Origin: a virus
Taxonomy: Duplodnaviria > Caudoviricetes
IMG/VR virus record: IMGVR_UViG_3300035002_000029
Location: 1 to 42,262 of that record
DNA: 42,262 bases
Strand: one strand, 5' to 3'
Notes under the pieces: model-generated
The model's input: the letters and a program-made list of their open reading frames with translations, nothing else
Database searches by the model: none
What the model was told of the DNA's origin: nothing
Made by a program: the position numbers and the translations under genes
Shown: positions 1 to 8,618 of the stretch, one piece after another
How positions within the stretch are numbered: position 1 is the stretch's first letter
Layout of the letters: every line of letters starts with the position of its first letter

Positions 1-179
1 GGCTCTCTTCGGATGATGTGGCGGGCCAGCACGACCTAGAGCGCGATAGTAAATAGCAATTTAACCATTTGTTTCAGTGATATGACACGATGGCCGATGC
101 ACGGCGCAGGTTACCGCAACCTCCTGTTCAGCCGCGGCGCGATATGCGAAGAAAACCGCCCGGGTCGAAAGGAAAAAAC

Positions 180-485
180 ATGCGCGCGATAGTCCTCGTT
201 TTGCTGGCGGTGCCTTTGCTCGGCGGCTGTGTGAGCGCGGTCAAGACGGTCGTCACCGCGCCGGTCAAGGCGGTGGGCAAGGTCGCCGACTGGTCGACCA
301 CCAGCCAGGACGAATCCGACCGCAACCGCGGGCGCCAGCTGCGCGAGCGCGAGGAGAAGCTCGGTAAGCTGTCGCGCCAGCGCGACAAGGCGGCGGAAAA
401 ATGCCGCGACGGCAATGAGGAACAATGCCAGCGCGCCGAAGTGCTGGAGCATGAGATCGAGGCGGAGATGGCAACGCCCTATTGA
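180..485 (+). CDS. Host lipoprotein, unknown function
   Basis: ATG at 180 gives MRAIVLVLLAVPLLGGC (signal peptide plus lipobox), followed by a charged helical region. Confidence 0.8.
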   Translation: MRAIVLVLLAVPLLGGCVSAVKTVVTAPVKAVGKVADWSTTSQDESDRNRGRQLREREEKLGKLSRQRDKAAEKCRDGNEEQCQRAEVLEHEIEAEMATPY

Positions 486-526
486 TCGATCCTCCCCATC
501 GCGAAGCGTTGCGGGAGGATTATAGG

Positions 527-1195
527 CTACCGCACCCGCCGCCCGGTCCATACCACGCGGCCCACCAGCTGCACCGCGCTCATCGGCAAATCGTCCCAGC
601 TGCGGTATTGCGCATTGTCGCTGATCACCGAGATCCGCCCCGGCCCCGGCGCGCGCGCGATGCGTTTCACCATCAGCGCGTCGTCCATGCGCAGCACATA
701 GATGCCGTCGCGCAGCCGCGTCGCGGCGTCGCCGCCGTCGACCAGGATGTCGTCGCCGTCGTTGAGCGTCGGCGCCATCGAATCGCCCTCGACGCGGATG
801 ATGCTGAGCGCGCGCGCATCGGCCCCCAACTCGCGCAGCCATTTGGGGTCGAAGGCGACCGCGCCCTCGACCGGCTCGCCGTCGACCGTCCGCCCCGCGC
901 CCGCCGAGGCGCCGATCGCGAGCTTGGGCACCAGCACCATCGCCGACCCGCCCGCCCGCGCGGGCGCGGCGACGCGCTGCACCGGCCCGCCCAGCATCGC
1001 CTCGGGCACCCCCAGATAGGCGGCGATGCGCGCGCGGTCTTCTTCGGCGAGCCGCCGCGGTGAGCCGCGCTTGATATATTGCTGGATGTAAGCAGGGTTG
1101 CGCCCGATGCGCGCCGATAGCTGCGCATAATCGACCCCCCGTTCGGTGAGCAGCCGGTCGAGCGCGGTGCGCGGATCGTCTCCAAAATCTGCCAC
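527..1195 (-). CDS. Host HTH/S24 peptidase (CI/LexA-like) repressor
   Basis: N-terminal HTH (YAQLSARIGRNPAYIQQYIKRG), GDSM catalytic Ser and VKR Lys; GTG at 1195 preceded by GGAAGG. Confidence 0.85.
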   Translation of the reverse strand: MADFGDDPRTALDRLLTERGVDYAQLSARIGRNPAYIQQYIKRGSPRRLAEEDRARIAAYLGVPEAMLGGPVQRVAAPARAGGSAMVLVPKLAIGASAGAGRTVDGEPVEGAVAFDPKWLRELGADARALSIIRVEGDSMAPTLNDGDDILVDGGDAATRLRDGIYVLRMDDALMVKRIARAPGPGRISVISDNAQYRSWDDLPMSAVQLVGRVVWTGRRVR

Positions 1196-1227
1196 GGGAT
1201 CGGTCCTTCCTATTTCGTATCTAGCAA

Positions 1228-1280
1228 TAGGATTTATCCTAGACAAGTAGGAAAATCATCCTCAAATAGGAAATATCCTA
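1228..1280. promoter_or_regulatory. Operator array, TAGGA-N4-TCCTA
   Basis: TAGGATTTATCCTA at 1228-1241, TAGGAAATATCCTA at 1267-1280 and an imperfect copy at 1248-1263, lying between divergent regulator genes. Confidence 0.7.
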
Positions 1281-1322
1281 TCGGGCGAGTCGCCCGGCGG
1301 CCGGAGCGATCAGGGAGGATTT

Positions 1323-1552
1323 ATGACACAGACGCTGTTGCAAAGGGTCGAGGCCTTCCTCGTCGAATCGGCGATCCCGCAGAGCGTCTTCGGGCGCGAC
1401 GCGGTGCGCGACCCGAAGCTCGTCGCCGACCTGCGCGAGGGTCGCATCGCGGGGCTTCGCATGGCCTGCCGAGTAGAACATTTCATGAACAAATGGCGCG
1501 CCGACTATCGCGCGGGCCGCGTCAGGCCGCGCGGCGACCGGCGCAAGCACAG
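1323..1552 (+). CDS. Host small Cro/XRE-like protein; 3' end interrupted by the prophage (reads through to 2147)
   Basis: GGGAGG RBS; LLQRVEAFL...FGRDAVRDPKLVADLREGR resembles small alphaproteobacterial HTH proteins; sequence turns low-complexity after 1553. Confidence 0.65.
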
Positions 1553-1594
1553 TGTAGCGCGCCAAAAATTCGCGCCAAAAATCCGCGCCAAAAA
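1553..1594 (+). repeat. Prophage left end: TG dinucleotide plus three putative transposase-binding repeats
   Basis: TGTAG at 1553, then CGCGCCAAAAA at 1558, 1571 and 1584 (13-bp period). Confidence 0.75.
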
Positions 1595-1666
1595 CTGGTC
1601 ATCTATTCGACGCCAAGGCGCCGTGTTATCCTCGGATTATAATAGCGAGTCGGAGAGGGATGGATC

Positions 1667-2098
1667 ATGTCGAAGGACGAAGAAGAAGGCTTGGCCACCG
1701 ACATTGTGGAGGGTGTCGCGGGCACCGCTCGATCGGGTTCAAAGGGCACGACGAACAAAAACGCTGCAAAAATTCTTGATGGTCTGGATGCTGAAGAAAA
1801 GGCCGCCAGCACCGGAAACACCGCAGGCGGATCGTCTACGCCGAAAGAGAGCACGACAACGACCACCACAAAGCAGCAGCCCAAAGAAGCTCCTGCTTCG
1901 ACAACGACCACCACACAGAAAGAAGCTCCTGCTTCGACAACGACCACCACGCAGAAAGAGCAGCCCAAAGAAGCTCCCACTCCAACAGCGACTACCACTG
2001 TGTCAGATCGCGGAACCGGGGGTGGCGGCGGAGCAGGCGGCAACGGTGGAGGGGGTGGTGGCCGTACTGGCGGCAAGGGCAACCCTGACGCCATTTAG
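1667..2098 (+). CDS. Low-complexity Thr/Gly-rich moron protein
   Basis: TATAAT at 1638-1643, GGAGAGG RBS, KEAPASTTTTTQ repeats (36-bp period), poly-Gly tail. Confidence 0.6.
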   Translation: MSKDEEEGLATDIVEGVAGTARSGSKGTTNKNAAKILDGLDAEEKAASTGNTAGGSSTPKESTTTTTTKQQPKEAPASTTTTTQKEAPASTTTTTQKEQPKEAPTPTATTTVSDRGTGGGGGAGGNGGGGGGRTGGKGNPDAI

Positions 2099-2111
2099 GA
2101 CGGGCGGATAT

Positions 2112-2423
2112 CTAGTAATTGGTTCTCGAGGAAGCCGAACACCTTAGTTCCTCTACTCCCTGCTCCTGAAACCACAGGCAAAGATCGTTCACCTTTGCCC
2201 AACCGCGCGCGCCCCACTCATCCTTGTCGCGCTGATGCTGACGATAGCCCTCCTCGCTGTTGTTGCGGAGGATGGCGATATCAGGGACCGGCTTGGCCTC
2301 CTGCTCGAACATCACTGCACTCGGGGAGGAGAGCCGTATCGGTCCCGGCGTCGCGCAACTCGCGACACAGATCGAGGCGCTGGCGATCAGAAAGGCCCTG
2401 ATCAGGGATGCCCGCAGTCGCAT
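2112..2423 (-). CDS. o-spanin (Rz1-like lipoprotein)
   Basis: MRLRASLIRAFLIASASICVASC lipobox; Pro-rich; starts inside the i-spanin gene in another frame. Confidence 0.7.
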   Translation of the reverse strand: MRLRASLIRAFLIASASICVASCATPGPIRLSSPSAVMFEQEAKPVPDIAILRNNSEEGYRQHQRDKDEWGARGWAKVNDLCLWFQEQGVEELRCSASSRTNY

Positions 2424-2688
2424 TGTCAAAGTCCTTCCTTGCGGTGTCCTCGGCCCGTCGTCGCGCCTGAACGCGCTGGGCAGCCGAGGTGTCGGCCTGA
2501 CGGCCCGTTCGCTCCAGTTTAGCCGACGTCTTCGCCTCGTGATTTTTGATGACCTCGGCATCGCGAGCCGTAAGCCAGAGGACGACCGCCAGACCGATTA
2601 GAAGCGCGAGCGCGCCCCAACACAGCAACGGCGCGACGCGCTCCGAAACGCCCTTCTTGACCAGCCAAGCGATGGCGGCGGCGATCAT
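2281..2688 (-). CDS. i-spanin (Rz-like)
   Basis: N-terminal TM helix, helical Ala/Arg-rich periplasmic part with two C-terminal Cys; located in the lysis cassette. Confidence 0.7.
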   Translation of the reverse strand: MIAAAIAWLVKKGVSERVAPLLCWGALALLIGLAVVLWLTARDAEVIKNHEAKTSAKLERTGRQADTSAAQRVQARRRAEDTARKDFDNATAGIPDQGLSDRQRLDLCRELRDAGTDTALLPECSDVRAGGQAGP

Positions 2689-3041
2689 ATGGACGCCTCG
2701 CCGTCATATGCCCGACGCGCGGCGCGATCGTCCTCGGCAGTAAGGCTGCGATTGCCCCAGCGCGCCTGCCAGCGGCCGACCGGGCCGCCGAGCGAGAACG
2801 ACCACGCGACGACGAGTTGGAAGCCGATCGCGCCAAAGGCGATGCCCGCGAGAGCTTTGAGACGCGCCGCCTCGGTTGCTTTGCTCCAGTCGCCGAGCCA
2901 AAGGATGCCGATCAGCGCGGCAAGAAAGACGGCGGCGGCGATGCTGGCGATCCACAGGCGCTCGATCATCCAATGGCGCATCGCCTCGGCGGGCGTGCGC
3001 GCCGAAAGGACGGCCTCGATTGAAGCATCGGCCGCGCTCAT
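2685..3041 (-). CDS. Putative holin, two TM helices
   Basis: ATGA-coupled to the endolysin; two hydrophobic segments and a charged C-terminus. Confidence 0.55.
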   Translation of the reverse strand: MSAADASIEAVLSARTPAEAMRHWMIERLWIASIAAAVFLAALIGILWLGDWSKATEAARLKALAGIAFGAIGFQLVVAWSFSLGGPVGRWQARWGNRSLTAEDDRAARRAYDGEASI

Positions 3042-3502
3042 CGGGGATCGATCCCGACCGATCGGCACCACGAGGCAACGTCGAAACAGGGGCACATCTT
3101 GAGCCACTCGTGCGGCTCGACGACGCCATCGCCATCGAGGTCAGGGGACATGTCGCGATGGCCGCGAATGATCGTGACGGGATAGCTGACACGCAGATCG
3201 CGCAAGAGCTGCGCCAGCGCCGCCTTCTGCGCGTCGGTTCGGGTGTCCTTTGCCTTGCCGTCGCGGCCAATGCCGCCGACGTAGCAGATCCCGATCGAAT
3301 TGGCATTGTGGCCCTTGATGTGCGAGCCGGGGCGTTGGACATTGCGGCCCTCGGCGACGGTGCCGTCAAGCTCGATCAGATAGTGGTAGCCGATCTCGCT
3401 CCAGCCCTGGCGACGGTGCATCGCGTCGATGTCCGCGCGCGTGAAGGGGCGCCCTTCGAGGGTGGCGGTGCAATGAATGGCGAGCAGGTTGATCTTGCGC
3501 AT
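3038..3502 (-). CDS. Endolysin, N-acetylmuramoyl-L-alanine amidase (T7 lysozyme-like)
   Basis: IHCTAT, GWSEIGYHY, NSIGICYVGG, GHRD and KMCPCFD motifs. Confidence 0.95.
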   Translation of the reverse strand: MRKINLLAIHCTATLEGRPFTRADIDAMHRRQGWSEIGYHYLIELDGTVAEGRNVQRPGSHIKGHNANSIGICYVGGIGRDGKAKDTRTDAQKAALAQLLRDLRVSYPVTIIRGHRDMSPDLDGDGVVEPHEWLKMCPCFDVASWCRSVGIDPR

Positions 3503-3507
3503 GCCGC

Positions 3508-3552
3508 TGTCTACCGCCAGCGCCAGCGCCAACCCCCGTCCGTTGGCGAACG
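3508..3552 (-). promoter_or_regulatory. Putative activator-dependent late promoter (lysis)
   Basis: CGTTCG-CCAA-CGGACG-GGGGT, 18 bp, TAGACA, 5 nt, then ATG; motif shared with 19439-19484 and 34505-34550. Confidence 0.7.
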
Positions 3553-4311
3553 TTATAGCCACTCGACCATGCTGAACGCCCACTTGGTGAAGGCGGGGTC
3601 TTCGCGCTCATACGCCTCGAAGCGGCGAAACAAGCCGTAGTTGAACGACGGCTCAGCGAGAGGCGTCGTATCGCCCTCGATCACGATGACCGGGCGGCTC
3701 TCGCCGCGGTCTTCGGCGATCGCCCACAATTTTGCAACCGTCGCCGCGTCGAGGTCGACGAAGCGCCAGTTGAGCAGCCCTTTCACTACGCCCCGGTCGA
3801 CTCCGAAGCCGCCATCCGGCAGCTCGACGACACGCGAGGTGTCGATCGGTGTGCGGCCGGAGCCGAAGGCGTAAGGGATCTCCACAGCCAAACCGATATC
3901 GAGACGGCCCGCGATCATCGCGGGAGCGGCGCCCTGATTGACCTGGACGCGGAAGTAACGGCCCGTGACCGGTGCCGCGTGGCGATAGAACGATGCATAG
4001 CGTTTCCGGATCGCGCCGGGCATGCGCATGGGAGCGTTGACAAGCAGCGAAGCCGTTACCGCGCCACCAAGCCCCGCGATCTGCCGGATCGACCACAGTG
4101 CGCCCGGCAGAGCGTTGGTCCCGACGAGGGCGAAGCTATCGACTGTGACGTCCATGCCGAAGTCGATCTCGATATTCTGGACGCCCGTCCCCGGCGCGAG
4201 CCACACCTCCCGTGGCGAAGGCGTCTGCAGGTTGGTGAGGCCCGACCCCGGCCCCGACAACGTCGCGGCACCGGCCTCAGCCATCGGCACGATGATCTGC
4301 ATTCCCGGCAT
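3553..4311 (-). CDS. Minor tail / tail-tip protein
   Basis: TAATG-coupled start MPGMQIIV; beta-rich, RYFRVQV discoidin-like motif; tail operon context. Confidence 0.65.
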   Translation of the reverse strand: MPGMQIIVPMAEAGAATLSGPGSGLTNLQTPSPREVWLAPGTGVQNIEIDFGMDVTVDSFALVGTNALPGALWSIRQIAGLGGAVTASLLVNAPMRMPGAIRKRYASFYRHAAPVTGRYFRVQVNQGAAPAMIAGRLDIGLAVEIPYAFGSGRTPIDTSRVVELPDGGFGVDRGVVKGLLNWRFVDLDAATVAKLWAIAEDRGESRPVIVIEGDTTPLAEPSFNYGLFRRFEAYEREDPAFTKWAFSMVEWL

Positions 4312-4676
4312 TAGAGCCTCCTCAAAACAAGCAGCTTGGTGAAGCCGGGGGTTTCGGCTTCGTCGGCCGAGAGGACGAAGACATCGACCCCAGCGCTGTA
4401 ACCGCCATTGGCGGCCGTGAGCGTCACGATCTTGCCGATCAGCTCGATCTGGTTTCCGGGCACGTGGAGGATATCCACACCGACCGGCCCGGCGCCGACG
4501 AAGGCGAGCTGGCGCGCCGCTTCGACATCGGCATCCGCCTTGAGCGCGATCGCACTGGTGATGCGCGTATCGAGCGCGACCGCCCCCCACTTGGCGGCGG
4601 CCGGCGCGCTTGATGCCACGGCGAGCAGCTCCTCGCTGCGCAGCCACGCTGCTTGCTGGGGATCGACGGCCGGCAT
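4311..4676 (-). CDS. Small tail-associated protein
   Basis: Closely coupled to both neighbours in the tail operon. Confidence 0.6.
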   Translation of the reverse strand: MPAVDPQQAAWLRSEELLAVASSAPAAAKWGAVALDTRITSAIALKADADVEAARQLAFVGAGPVGVDILHVPGNQIELIGKIVTLTAANGGYSAGVDVFVLSADEAETPGFTKLLVLRRL

Positions 4677-4679
4677 GAT

Positions 4680-5621
4680 TTACGACCCCGCGGCCTCCAG
4701 CAGCGCAATGCGTTGCTCTTGCGCCGCGATCAGGAAGAGCGCGAGCTGGTCGAGGCGGAGGCCAAACCGCGACACCTGCTCGCCTTCCTCACTTTCCCAC
4801 TCGTCCCAGCACAGAAATGCGTAGGGCGTCGATCCTGGGCGGCCATCCCCGTCGAGCGGATCAACAAGCCCTTCATCGGCCATGATCAACCACACTTCTT
4901 GGGCGCGCGCGCCGAAGTGAAGGCGGGCAGCAGCTTCGCCTTTCGCCTCGATCACCGCCAGCCATTTGTAGAAACCCAGCTCGGCCGCGATCCGCTTTGC
5001 AGCCGCCAGCTCGGCAGTGGTCATGTCACCGCGCCATTGCTTGTCACGCGCGTCCGAGGTGTTGATCGTACCGGTGCCGGCATAGACGATCGACCAGCGC
5101 TGGCTCGACCAACCGAGGGCTTGAGTATTGTCCGCGCCGGGAGTGAAGCGGCCGGTATTCTCGAAGACGAAGGACTGATCGAACTGCGTGCTGTTCGACA
5201 CGCTGATCCGCACCGACGTGGCGCCGCCATGCGAGATCGGCATGAAGGCGGCGAGCTGCGCGCGAACGACGGCGCCGACCACCGAACCGTCGGCCGTTCG
5301 GAAGTCGATCGCGCCGAACTTGGCATTGGTCGACCAATTCCCGACGCCGGTTTGCGCATCGTTGATCTCGATCGTAACCGGCGCGGAGCCGTCGATTGCC
5401 GAGGTGCCCTTCACAACGAGCTGTTGGTTCGGAGTTGTCTCGCCGATGCCGAGGCGGCCGCCGCAATAGTAATGGGTGTTGAGCTGCTGAAAGACCAGCC
5501 CGGCTAAGGGCACTGACCCACCAGTGGCGCCAGAGGCATCGACCGCCATATCGGCCACCGCTACCCTGTCAGTGCCCTTGTAATAGTTCCGCAGCGCGGC
5601 TCCGCCATAATTGACGCCCAT
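4680..5621 (-). CDS. Tail fibre/spike with C-terminal S74-type intramolecular chaperone
   Basis: TGTINTSDARDK autocleavage motif, HFGARAQEV, terminal coiled coil; GGAGG RBS. Confidence 0.88.
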   Translation of the reverse strand: MGVNYGGAALRNYYKGTDRVAVADMAVDASGATGGSVPLAGLVFQQLNTHYYCGGRLGIGETTPNQQLVVKGTSAIDGSAPVTIEINDAQTGVGNWSTNAKFGAIDFRTADGSVVGAVVRAQLAAFMPISHGGATSVRISVSNSTQFDQSFVFENTGRFTPGADNTQALGWSSQRWSIVYAGTGTINTSDARDKQWRGDMTTAELAAAKRIAAELGFYKWLAVIEAKGEAAARLHFGARAQEVWLIMADEGLVDPLDGDGRPGSTPYAFLCWDEWESEEGEQVSRFGLRLDQLALFLIAAQEQRIALLEAAGS

Positions 5622-5630
5622 ATCTTCCTC

Positions 5631-8618
5631 CTAAGCTCTTGAACTGGTTGCGCCGCCCGCGGCGGGCGTGAGCGTGCCGGTTGTGCTGGTTGCCTTTTTG
5701 CCGAGCAGGCGCACCGGATAGGTACCGGGCGAAAGCCCCGACACCGACCACGTGTACGACAGCTCACCGGGCTCCATGACCCATGTCTCTAGATCGGCAT
5801 CGAAGTAACGGAGCGCTGACGAACCGGTGATATCCGCTCCCATCGAAACCCATGCCGAACCATTGTAATATTCGGCCGTGCAGGTCATCGCGAGCGATCC
5901 TCCGCCACCTTTGTAATAGGAGAAATTGGCGGTCAGCTTGAGGATCTGGCCCGAGCCGATGATCACATCGAGAACCGGATCGTTCGTCTCGGTGTTGGTG
6001 ATGACGGCGTAGCTCGTCGATGACACCACATTGAGCGTGCTGTCGGTCCCACCCGAAGCGCCATTGTTGACCGGCGGATTGTCGTCAGTCGTGGTAACAG
6101 TCACGACAAAGGGTCCATAGGTGACCCCCGCGATCGTCACGGTGAAGCCGACCTGCCCACCGCTGGTGATCGTATTAGCGAAAGTCAGGGTGCCCTTTTC
6201 GGCCGAGCCGATCGTATTGTTGATCGAGACCTTGCCGCTCACGCCGCCAGTCTCGGCGACGATTGCATAGGTGGTGCCGTTGTCGCTGCGCTTGTCGACC
6301 CCGCCGCGTGTGACGTTCGGGCGGACGTCGACCGGCAATTGGTCAAGCTTCACCTGAGCATCCCACGTCCGATAGAGCGTGAAGCCCGCTGGAGGGACCA
6401 CGGCGACCTGCGCATTGGCGGTGACGTCGGCCCCATCCTCTGGCTTGCCAGTGCCGGAAACATTCCCCCAGACGGCGCGCTGCGCGGCGATGGCCGCGAT
6501 CTTGTCGAGTAGCGCCTGACGCGTGGTGTAGACGTCCGCGAACTTGGACCGAAAGGTGGCGCCGACGATGTCGGTGTTGCCCGCGAGGTTACTCCAAAGG
6601 AAGGGAAGCGTCAGCGTCGCGAGATAGGTAGTCAGAGCGGAGACCGCGTTGTCATAAGCGGTCTTTTCCGTGGTAATGCCGAGGGCCGTGGCGCCCGCGT
6701 CGATGCCCGCCTGCTCGGCGATGATGACGTCACGATCGCGGATGACCTGCGGCTTCTCGCCGGGCGTGAGCAGGCTATCGCTCGCGATCTCGGCGAGGAT
6801 GGCATTGGCGATGTTGGCTCCCGATTGCGCCGTTGTCGCGGCAGCCTGCGCCGCCGCCGCGTCCGCGACGCCCTGATCGGCGCGTGCCTTCGCAACCGCG
6901 GAAATCTTGTTGAGCAACGTCTGACGCGCCGCGTAGACATCGGCGAACTTGGAGCGGAAGGTCGCGCCGACGATGTCGGTGTTGCCGCCGAGATCGGTCC
7001 AAAGGACGGCCGTTGTCAGCGTCGCGAGATAGGCGACCAGCGCCGCGACGGCATTGTCATATGCCGTCTTTTCAATGGTGATCGCGAAGGCGGTCGCCTG
7101 CGCATCGATCCCCGCCTGCTCGGCGACGATCATATCGCGCTCCAAGATGACCTGCGGCTTCTCGCCCGGCGTGAGTAGGCTGTCGCTGGCGATCTCGGAG
7201 AGGCGGAGGTTGGCGGCGTCGGCGGCCATCTGCGCCAGGTCCGCCGCGGCTTGGGCCGAGGCGGCCGCCTGCGCGATCGTCACCACCGGCTGGTCGGGAA
7301 GCGGCGTCCACACCAACTCCAGCTCGTTGCCGCCGAGGAGCAGGCTGTCGCCGTTGAGCATCAGCGGCGTGTCGAGGCGCGTGTAAAAGGTTCCATCGGA
7401 AGCCTGCCACGTATCCCCCGGCGAACTCTGCGCCGCGGTCGGCGAGGTCGACTGGATGAACAGGCGGCCGAGCGCGGCCGAGATCTCGCTCGCCGAATGG
7501 GTACGGCGGTTTTTCTTGTAGCCGACCTTGCGCGACTTGATCGGTGGCAACTGCCTTTCACGGCCGATGAAGACCGCTTGAAACGACGCGACCGATGCGC
7601 CCCAGGCGAACTCGCCGATGCGGATCGTGCCCGCGGGCTGCAGGATCCAATAGAGCGAGGATCCGAGGAGAAGCTTATCGATCGTCTGCGCGACGGTCTC
7701 GGCCGCGCTGTCGATGTGAACGCCGCAGGCAGCGGGACGGAGAAGCTCGGCGGCCGCCTGATTGGCAATCGCCGGGCCGGCGATCGCGGCGAGCAGCTTG
7801 GCCGCGATCGCCGCCGCGTTCTCGACATAGCCGCCCGTGTTTTCGCCGAGCAGGTCGGCGGTGAGCGGCCCCGCGGGATCGGTCCACCATTTGGCGCACG
7901 CGATCGAGGGCGCGACGACGCCGCCGCCCTGCGGCGCGGCCGCCGCCTGCAGCGCAGCAAAGGTCGCGGCGATCGTGCCCTGCCACGCGACGGTGTTGAC
8001 AGCTCCGGCGCGCCCCTTGTCGCGCAGCTCGACGATCGACTGCAGAGGACGCGCCGGATCGCCGAACTCGAAAATGTTGTTCGCCTTATCGAGCAGGCGC
8101 CCTTCGACGTTGAAGACGCGGCCCCAACTCCGGCGCTTCACGCGTCCCGTCGCTTCGGTCGGCCCCTCGATCCCGCCCGTGCCGGCAAAGCCGGTGCCGA
8201 GGACAGTCTTGTCGACGAGCTTGCTGGGATCCTGCAGCGTCAGGGTCAGCGACCCATCGGCGCCTGCGACCCCGGCGACGATCCCGGTAAGACGGCGGAC
8301 GAGCGCCGCCGTTTCCTCGCCCGCGTCGATCGTGATGGCCGCATCGCGCCAATAGTGGGCGAGCAGCTCGGTGACCAGCGCGCTATCGCCGGGCGAGAAG
8401 GTGAGGCCGCCGCTGGTAGGCACCGTCGAGCCGGTCCATCCGCTATCGTCATAGCCGATGCCGCCCGTGAACCTCGGCATGGCGACGATGCCCGCACGAT
8501 AGTGCTGACCGCCCGACAGATATTCGGTGAAGGCGCCGCCGCCCGCCAAGCGGATCGTCGTCTCGGCGCCGGTCGCGACCAGCCGTGGCTTCGCCTCGAT
8601 CAGACAGATCTCGCTCAT
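5631..8618 (-). CDS. Tail tip / central fibre protein with an internal 135-aa duplication
   Basis: Directly after the tape measure gene; hub-like N-terminus, two EIASDSLLTPGEKPQVI repeats 405 bp apart, beta-rich C-terminus. Confidence 0.75.
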   Translation of the reverse strand: MSEICLIEAKPRLVATGAETTIRLAGGGAFTEYLSGGQHYRAGIVAMPRFTGGIGYDDSGWTGSTVPTSGGLTFSPGDSALVTELLAHYWRDAAITIDAGEETAALVRRLTGIVAGVAGADGSLTLTLQDPSKLVDKTVLGTGFAGTGGIEGPTEATGRVKRRSWGRVFNVEGRLLDKANNIFEFGDPARPLQSIVELRDKGRAGAVNTVAWQGTIAATFAALQAAAAPQGGGVVAPSIACAKWWTDPAGPLTADLLGENTGGYVENAAAIAAKLLAAIAGPAIANQAAAELLRPAACGVHIDSAAETVAQTIDKLLLGSSLYWILQPAGTIRIGEFAWGASVASFQAVFIGRERQLPPIKSRKVGYKKNRRTHSASEISAALGRLFIQSTSPTAAQSSPGDTWQASDGTFYTRLDTPLMLNGDSLLLGGNELELVWTPLPDQPVVTIAQAAASAQAAADLAQMAADAANLRLSEIASDSLLTPGEKPQVILERDMIVAEQAGIDAQATAFAITIEKTAYDNAVAALVAYLATLTTAVLWTDLGGNTDIVGATFRSKFADVYAARQTLLNKISAVAKARADQGVADAAAAQAAATTAQSGANIANAILAEIASDSLLTPGEKPQVIRDRDVIIAEQAGIDAGATALGITTEKTAYDNAVSALTTYLATLTLPFLWSNLAGNTDIVGATFRSKFADVYTTRQALLDKIAAIAAQRAVWGNVSGTGKPEDGADVTANAQVAVVPPAGFTLYRTWDAQVKLDQLPVDVRPNVTRGGVDKRSDNGTTYAIVAETGGVSGKVSINNTIGSAEKGTLTFANTITSGGQVGFTVTIAGVTYGPFVVTVTTTDDNPPVNNGASGGTDSTLNVVSSTSYAVITNTETNDPVLDVIIGSGQILKLTANFSYYKGGGGSLAMTCTAEYYNGSAWVSMGADITGSSALRYFDADLETWVMEPGELSYTWSVSGLSPGTYPVRLLGKKATSTTGTLTPAAGGATSSRA

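Noticed and set aside
61-68. CtrA half-site TTAACCAT (also at 28183-28190)
   Set aside because: Only half-sites; the second is explained by an adjacent stop codon and start codon
1603-2094. Pro/Val-rich minus-strand ORF
   Set aside because: Mirror of the plus-strand Thr/Gly repeat gene, which has the -10 box and RBS
4680-8618. Invertible tail-fibre segment (gin) or diversity-generating retroelement
   Set aside because: No invertase, reverse transcriptase, flanking inverted repeats or TR/VR pair; the duplication is an in-frame protein repeat
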